Positions 57,799 to 64,000 of a stretch of DNA of 64,000 nucleotides are shown in pieces. The stretch spans positions 302,312,001 through 302,376,000 of the forward strand of contig OZ024742.1 in NCBI GenBank assembly GCA_964016885.1, written 5' to 3'. Origin of the DNA: Eledone cirrhosa. Taxonomy: Eukaryota. How positions within the stretch are numbered: the stretch's first letter is position 1; the number at the start of each line of letters is the position of its first letter. The notes under the pieces were generated by a model, which was not told the origin of the DNA, did no database searches, and was given only the letters and a program-made list of their open reading frames with translations. The translations under genes and the position numbers were made by a program.

Positions 57799-59503
57799 AG
57801 GAGCTCTTAAGAGTCAATGGCCATCCAAAATCACCGGGAGAGATGACACCTTAGCCTTTGTCAAGGCAGAATTCTAGGAGAAGGAAAACTCTGATATAAC
57901 ACCTGCAACCCTGATGGTATCCAATGATGTTGACTTGTTCTTCTTTTTGGTAAATATCATCTTGGTTAAGAGAGTGGGACTCGCTTTGTGCAGTGCCTTT
58001 GCTCACTATAAAATTCACGGCACAGGCATTGCTTTATACCTGGAGATCTCTCTGCACTTGTCGTCACATGGTACCATGGGCCCAGCACTATGTGTCAATA
58101 ATTGTCACAGGTGTAGTGTTTGTACCAGAGTTTTCAAGTCGCTGGCTGGACTAAAAAGTCACACTTGTTCAGCGCATCGGTAGGGGTTCTCCTACATGGA
58201 TATAAAGTAGTGGCCGTACTCGAAAACGAGTTGGCAGCCACCATATATATATGTATGTATATATGTATGTATGTGTGTATGTATGTATATGTATATGTAT
58301 GTATATGTGTATGTATGTATGTATGTATGTATATACGTATGTATATATATATGTATGTAAGGGCAAAGGAGCTCTTAAGAGTCAATGGCCATCCAAAATC
58401 ACCGGGAGAGATGACCCCTTAGCCTTTGTCAAGGCAGAATTCTAGGAGAAGGAAAACTCTGATATAACACCTGCAACTCTGATGGTATCCAATGAGGTTG
58501 ACTTGTTCTTCTTTTTGGTAAATATCATCTTGGTTAAGAGAGTGGGACTGGCTTTGTGCAGTGCCTTTGCTCACTATAAAAGCTTCACGGCACAGGCATT
58601 GCTTTATATCTGGAGATCTCTCTGCACTTGTCGTCACATGGTACCAAGGGCCCAGCACTATGTGTCAATAATTGTCACAGGTGTAGTGTTTGTACCAGAG
58701 TTTTTAAGTTGCTGGCTGGACTAAAAAGTCACACTCGTTCAACGCATCGGTAGGAGTTCTCCTACATGGATATAAAGTAGTGGCCGTACTCAAAAACGAG
58801 TTGGCAGCCACCACCATGTATGTATGTATGTATGTATGTATGTATGTATGTATGTATGTATGTATGTATGTATGTATGTATGTATGTATGTATGTATGTG
58901 CCTTTGCTCACTATAAAAGCTTCACGGCACAGGCATTGCTTTATATCTGGTGATCTCTCTGCACTTGTCGTCACATGGTACCATGGGGCCAGCACTATGT
59001 GTCAATAATTGTCACAAGTATAGTGTTTGTACCAGAGTTTTCAAGTCGTTGGCTGGACTAAAAAGTCACACTCGTTCAGCGCATCGGTAGGGGTTCTCCT
59101 ACATGAATATAAAGTAGTGGCCGTACTCGAAAACGAGTTGGCAGCCACCATGTATGTATGTATGTATGTATGTATGTATGTATGATGTTGACTTGTTCTT
59201 CTTTTTGGTAAATATCATCTTGGTTAAGAGAGTGGGACTGGCTTTGTGCAGTGCCTTTGCTCACTATAAAAGCTTCACGGCACAGGCATTGCTTTATATC
59301 TGGAGATCTCTCTGCACTTGTCGTCACATGGTACCATGGGCCCAGCACTATGTGTCAATAATTGTCACAAGTGTAGTGTTTGTACCAGAGTTTTCAAGTC
59401 GCTGGCTGGACTAAAATCTCACACTTGTTCAGCGCATCGGTAGGGGTTCTCCTACATGGATATAAAGTAGTGGCCGTATTCGAAAATGAGTTGGCGGCCA
59501 CCA
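57799..59503 (+). mobile_element. Four head-to-tail copies of a short RTE-derived non-autonomous element (57799-58243, 58367-58817, 58898-59151, 59181-59503)
   Basis: 5' part has an RTE-like UTR motif (CTAGGAGAAGGAAAACTCTGA). 3' part encodes a C2H2 finger CSVCTRVFKSLAGLKSH. Each copy ends GCAGCCACCAT + (ATGT)n. Confidence 0.75.
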
Positions 59504-59520
59504 TGTATCTATGTATGTTA

Positions 59521-59675
59521 TCTCTTTCTCTTAATTTCGAGTATATTTTTTGACCGGCCACCTTCCTGGTGGCAAGGTTGTAAAAGAAAAGAAACTGTTA
59601 TTCCTTGAATCGCAAGAATGTTTTGCAAATTTTGAAGGTGCCAGCTATCGCAGCCATTTGTAGACTATGAATTAG
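59521..59675 (-). mobile_element. Short 3' end of an R4/Dong-like LINE
   Basis: Homologous to 57550-57717; bounded by TATG repeats. Confidence 0.7.
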
Positions 59676-59751
59676 TATGTATGTATGTATGTATGTATGT
59701 ATGTATGTATGTATGTATGTATGTATGTATGTATGTATGTATGTATGTATG

Positions 59752-60360
59752 TTCTCTATTTTTCCTTAATTTTGAGTTTATTTTTGACTGACCGGTCACC
59801 TTCCTGGTGGCAAGGTTGTAAAGCAAGGAAATTGTCGTTGTCACTTGTGTTAGGGATCATCATTTGAATTGAAAGAATGTTTTACAGATTTTGAAGGTTC
59901 CAGGTATTGCAGCCATATATTGCTTACGGTTTAAGGGGCGAAGTTCTCTCTCCACAATTCCAAACTCAGTTATACTTTGGTCCAGGCGGGTTGGTATATA
60001 ACCTACAGCTCCAATAATGACAGGTATGAATCTGAACGTGTATCAATGGTCCGTAGATAATGGTTCTCTTGCATTTTTCTTACAACATTGACACCAAGTG
60101 ACCAGCTGATTTCTACAACAGAGCAGGTTTTTAAAGTGTGGTCCTAAACAACAATATCAGGCAGATTCTACTTTAATTTTGTGATAGTTTTTATTTTTAG
60201 GTTCTACTAGTATTGATTTGAGCCTTCAGTTTCAAGATATTCCTCTCCATTTGATTTGATTTTCGTTTTCCGTAATACATTCCAAATCATTCTAGCTAAC
60301 ACATCATGACTCATCTCAATAATGCGATCTCAACAATGATTGAAAACAACACAGCCGATT
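59752..60360 (-). pseudogene. Restriction-like endonuclease C-terminus of an R4/Dong-clade LINE
   Basis: SHDVLARMIW..NLPDIVV*D...CSVVEIS..FIPVIIGAVGYIP..GTFKICKTF match the RHD / PD..E / PxIxGAxG motifs. Multiple stops. Confidence 0.75.
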
Positions 60361-60493
60361 CTTTTTTTCTCTTTCCTCGGTAGGGTCATATGAAAAATAA
60401 GCAGTCATTTACGACTATCCAGTGTATTTATGTAACTAATTTTAATTGCTAGTTAAAATGTATAGGTTTATCATGGAGTATATCATTGCAATA

Positions 60494-60781
60494 TGGCGGC
60501 GAATTGGCAGAGTCATTAGAACGTCGGGTAGAATGCTTTATGGTATTCGTTCCGGGTCTCTGCTCTCTGAGTTCAAATCCCGCCGATGTCAACTTTGCCT
60601 TTCATCCTTTCGAGGTCGATAAAAAAAAGTACCAGTCTATATCTCTTTCTCATTTCCTCTCTCACACTTTCTATCTTTCTCTACAAGAAATCTGCTGTAC
60701 TCAGGCCTGGAGAGAGATGGGCTCCACCAGGATTAAAATGCCCAAGAAACGTCGGATATCAATACGGCGCCCCAACGTCTC
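60494..60781 (+). mobile_element. Full-length tRNA-SINE family 1 with a 25-bp target-site duplication
   Basis: A box TGGCAGAGTCA and B box GAGTTCAAATCCC. TATCATGGAGTATATCATTGCAATA occurs at 60469-60493 and 60782-60806. Confidence 0.85.
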
Positions 60782-60807
60782 TATCATGGAGTATATCATT
60801 GCAATAG

Positions 60808-61165
60808 TGAACACAGCATGGCCGAATGAGGAAGGAGTTCGCTTCGCAATCATTAGGTCATAGGTTCGTTCGTTACCACTGCGTGGCATCTTGAGAAAGT
60901 GTCATTTATCATAACCTCGGGTTGATCCGTAAGTCATATTGTGAAGGAAGTTGGGAAGATGGAAACTATTTAGAAGCTCGTTTGTTGGACTGTGCCTGTA
61001 ATTCAAAGGACCAGCGTTGTTGTACATTGTGTCACACTGAATCTTCACAAAACTTTCGTTTAGGGTACACGTGTCTCTGGAATACTTAGCCAGCTATATG
61101 TTAATTTTACTAGCTAGATGTTCCGTTGACCGAACAACTGGAACACCGATCTTCGAAACCGATGT
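60808..61165 (+). mobile_element. tRNA-SINE family 3
   Basis: GCATGGCCGAATG..GGTTCG head; body homologous to the 61420 and 62265 copies. Confidence 0.75.
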
Positions 61166-61419
61166 AGTTCCATTCCATCACAGCATTGCCAGTTAAAACC
61201 TATATAATTTTCTATGTAGTAAATGATTGCTTTAAATATAATCTGTTCACCTTTCCTTCTCCATAGTTTCCAACATTACAATAAGTCAGCTATACACTAC
61301 GATGTAAGTGTAAACATACAACATTCCAGTAGCAATTCTAAATATATTCTAGCGAGAAGCCAAGAAAGTGTTTTACGTTTCCCATCTATATGAATTAAAC
61401 AAATGGAATAGATCCTCTG

Positions 61420-61735
61420 TCAGTTTCGACGATGAGTGCACCAGTTGTTCGATAAACGGAACAGCCTGCTCATGAAATTAACGTGTAAGCGGTTGAGTGT
61501 TCCATAGACACGTGTACCCTTAATGTAATTCTCTGCGAGATTAAGCGTGACACAGGTACTGCACTCCCCCACCGACGAGCTTCCAAACAGTTTCCATCTA
61601 TCTAATTCCACTTGCATGGTGTTGATTGATCCCGGCTATGGTAAATGACATTTTCCCAAGAGGCCTTGCAGTGAGATCGAACCCAGTAGCTAATGATTGG
61701 GAAGCAAGCTTCTTAGCCGTTCATGTTGCTCCTAC
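61420..61735 (-). mobile_element. tRNA-SINE family 3
   Basis: GGGTTCGATCT B box on the minus strand; inverted homologue of 60808-61165. Confidence 0.75.
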
Positions 61736-62264
61736 TTAACAAATATGATCTCTTGTATATACAGAACTATTCCAAGCTTTTATTATTCAAACAGTTCACT
61801 AACTATTCTATGTTCTTTTAATGAGTATTCCATTCCGTTAAATCCTGCCTCGTCGTCCATTCCAACCAATGTAACTAACCCTATATTCACCAATACTCTG
61901 ATTCCATCTCGACATTAAATTGGTTTATTGCCGTTCAATACACCAGTGTTTGATAGATATAATCTAGAAAGTTATATGTCCTTTCAATTCTTTGATTACT
62001 TTATCAAACATGTGATCACAAAATAGAGTGATGAACTATGTGGTTATACAATGAACAAAATGTTAAATATTTTTTGAAGAAAGGCACAATTTGATCTTAA
62101 TTTCCATCCATGAATTTAATCCTGGCTTTTCTACTGGTTTTCCTATGTATTGTAAACAGAATTAACTTGAGTGAATAGGAAATATACTTCAGTTGGAGGG
62201 AAGCTTCACATAAATTTTTAGTGTGACAGTTCATCATAAAGAGAGGAAAGAAGACATTGACCTC

Positions 62265-62560
62265 CACTGATTTCGACTATGATTGTCCCAGTAGTTTGAT
62301 CAATGGAGCATCTGCTCGTGAAAATAATGTGTCAGTGACTGAGCATTCCACAGACATGTATTTTCTTAATGTAATTTTCAGTGAGATTCAGTGTGACAAA
62401 GTGTGAATGAGCTTCCAAACACTTTCTGTCTACTTAATTTCACTCACAAGACATGGGTCGACCCGAGTTTATGGTAAAGGACATTTACTCAAGTTGCCAC
62501 GAAGGAGGATCGAACCCGGAACCTAATAATTGTGAAGCAAATTTTTTAACCATCCAGCCA
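62265..62560 (-). mobile_element. tRNA-SINE family 3
   Basis: TGGCTGGATGG A box and GGGTTCGATCC B box on the minus strand. Confidence 0.75.
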
Positions 62561-62580
62561 CCGAGAATAAAGCAATCTGA

Positions 62581-62850
62581 AGATTCATCTAGTTCGATAT
62601 CGTAGACTTTGGCATCCAGTGAAATTATACGGGCTTAACAGCCAATATTTCTCGGGTAGATGTACATAGAAAGCATACCACTTTAGAGGCTTCTTGACTA
62701 AGGGTACAGTATCCACTACCACTAAATGGAGCATCCTAGGCAAGACACCCTTTTACTGTACCGGGGACCACAACTGTCAGCTCTGCTTCCATGAGAGGTT
62801 GCATATAATGCACTAGTCTGCGATATCCACCAACAGTAAAACTGATTAAA
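62581..62850 (+). pseudogene. Decayed, internally deleted PLE related to family B
   Basis: RFI*FDIVDF (RT motif A type). TKWSILGKTPFYCTGDHNCQLCFHERLHI aligns to INWSKLSAAKTYSTGMSYCGLCDLELLYI. Confidence 0.65.
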
Positions 62851-63144
62851 TTATCTATATTTATCTCCAAATCACTGATTTGTCGAGCAAACTTGTCAAA
62901 ACCACTTCTAAAAAAATTTTTTTTTGGGGTGTTAGTAGGCGTCAGTCATCTTACCATCCCATTCCTTCTAACTAGCCTCTGTGTCACGTGATTGATTCTT
63001 TAGAATCGGCCATTTGACTTGAAGCAGTGAGAATTTCGGTACATAGAATTCAGTCCTCGCAAGCTGTTCGATCTACCGAATTATTATTATTTTTATATGA
63101 GCCGCCAGTGTCCGCGCATTGCCTGGAGACTTAACTGAGAATAG

Positions 63145-63226
63145 ACTTCCTGATGACGCAATGAATTCTCGACAGTTGGATTACATAACTGTCTTTATCC
63201 CATTGCAGAAACTAATTAGTTGGAGT
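63145..63226 (+). ncRNA. Type I hammerhead ribozyme, unit 1
   Basis: ACTTC-CTGATGA-cGCAATG..GACAGTT..AACTGTC..CATTGCa-GAA-ACTAATTAGT-T-GGAGT. Confidence 0.85.
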
Positions 63227-63705
63227 GAAAATTTAAGTAAGAAAAAAATTTTTTTTTAAATTTTTTTAAAAAAAATATTTTCTTATTTTACGTCCTTTAT
63301 ATTATTGTTCTGCATTCTCCTGCATTGAACCACCTAGGTACTATGACATAACCTGTGTATTTGCTGGCATGGGCGTGCATCTGTGCGCTTATGTTAGTTG
63401 ATATATTAAATTATCTATATTTATCTCCAAATCACTGATTTGTCGAGCAAACTTGTCAAAACCACTTCTAAAAAAAAATTTTTTTTGGGGTGTTAGTAGG
63501 CGTCAGTCATCTTACCATCCCATTCCTTCTAACTAGCCTCTGTGTCACGTGATTGATTCTTTAGAATCGGCCATTTGACTTGAAGCAGTGAGAATTTCGG
63601 TACATAGAATTCAGTCCTCGCAAGCTGTTCGATCTACCGAATTATTATTATTTTTATATGAGCCGCCAGTGTCCGCGCATTGCCTGGAGACTTAACTGAG
63701 AATAG

Positions 63706-63787
63706 ACTTCCTGATGACGCAATGAATTCTCGACAGTTGGATTACATAACTGTCTTTATCCCATTGCAGAAACTAATTAGTTGGAGT
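63706..63787 (+). ncRNA. Type I hammerhead ribozyme, unit 2
   Basis: Identical to 63145-63226. Confidence 0.85.
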
Positions 63788-64000
63788 GAAAATTTAAGTA
63801 AGAAAAAAATTTTTTTTAAAATTTTTTTTTAAAAAAATATTTTCTTATTTTACGTCCTTTATATTATTGTTCTGCATTCTCCTGCATTGAACCACCTAGG
63901 TACTATGACATAACCTGTGTATTTGCTGGCATGGGCGTGCATCTGTGCGCTTATGTTAGTTGATATATTAAATTATCTATATTTATCTCCAAATCACTGA

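Larger units (their letters stand above)
62845..64000 (+). repeat. ~561-bp near-identical tandem repeat (units start 62845, 63405, 63967)
   Basis: Units differ mainly in homopolymer lengths; the array runs off the window end. Confidence 0.95.

Overview
Repeat-saturated metazoan DNA with no convincing host gene. The SINE families and huge microsatellite load suggest a cephalopod such as Octopus (inference). About half the window is low-complexity arrays, whose very long ORFs are compositional artefacts: a ~30-bp minisatellite, (AAC/AAT/AGC)n, ~9.6 kb of (ACC/AGC)n, a 22-bp minisatellite and (TA)n/(CA)n. The rest is retroelements: two Penelope-like (PLE, RT + GIY-YIG) families in an interlocked inverted A+ B- A- B+ arrangement, two near-full-length convergent L1/Tx1-type LINEs, CR1-like, R4/Dong-like and RTE-derived pieces nested in (TATG)n, and tRNA-derived SINEs. 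The main hidden signal is eight type I hammerhead ribozyme motifs read directly from the sequence. One sits in each complete unit of a near-identical ~561-bp tandem repeat at the window end, a retrozyme-like arrangement that could yield monomeric or circular RNA. All ribozyme folds were derived by eye and are untested.
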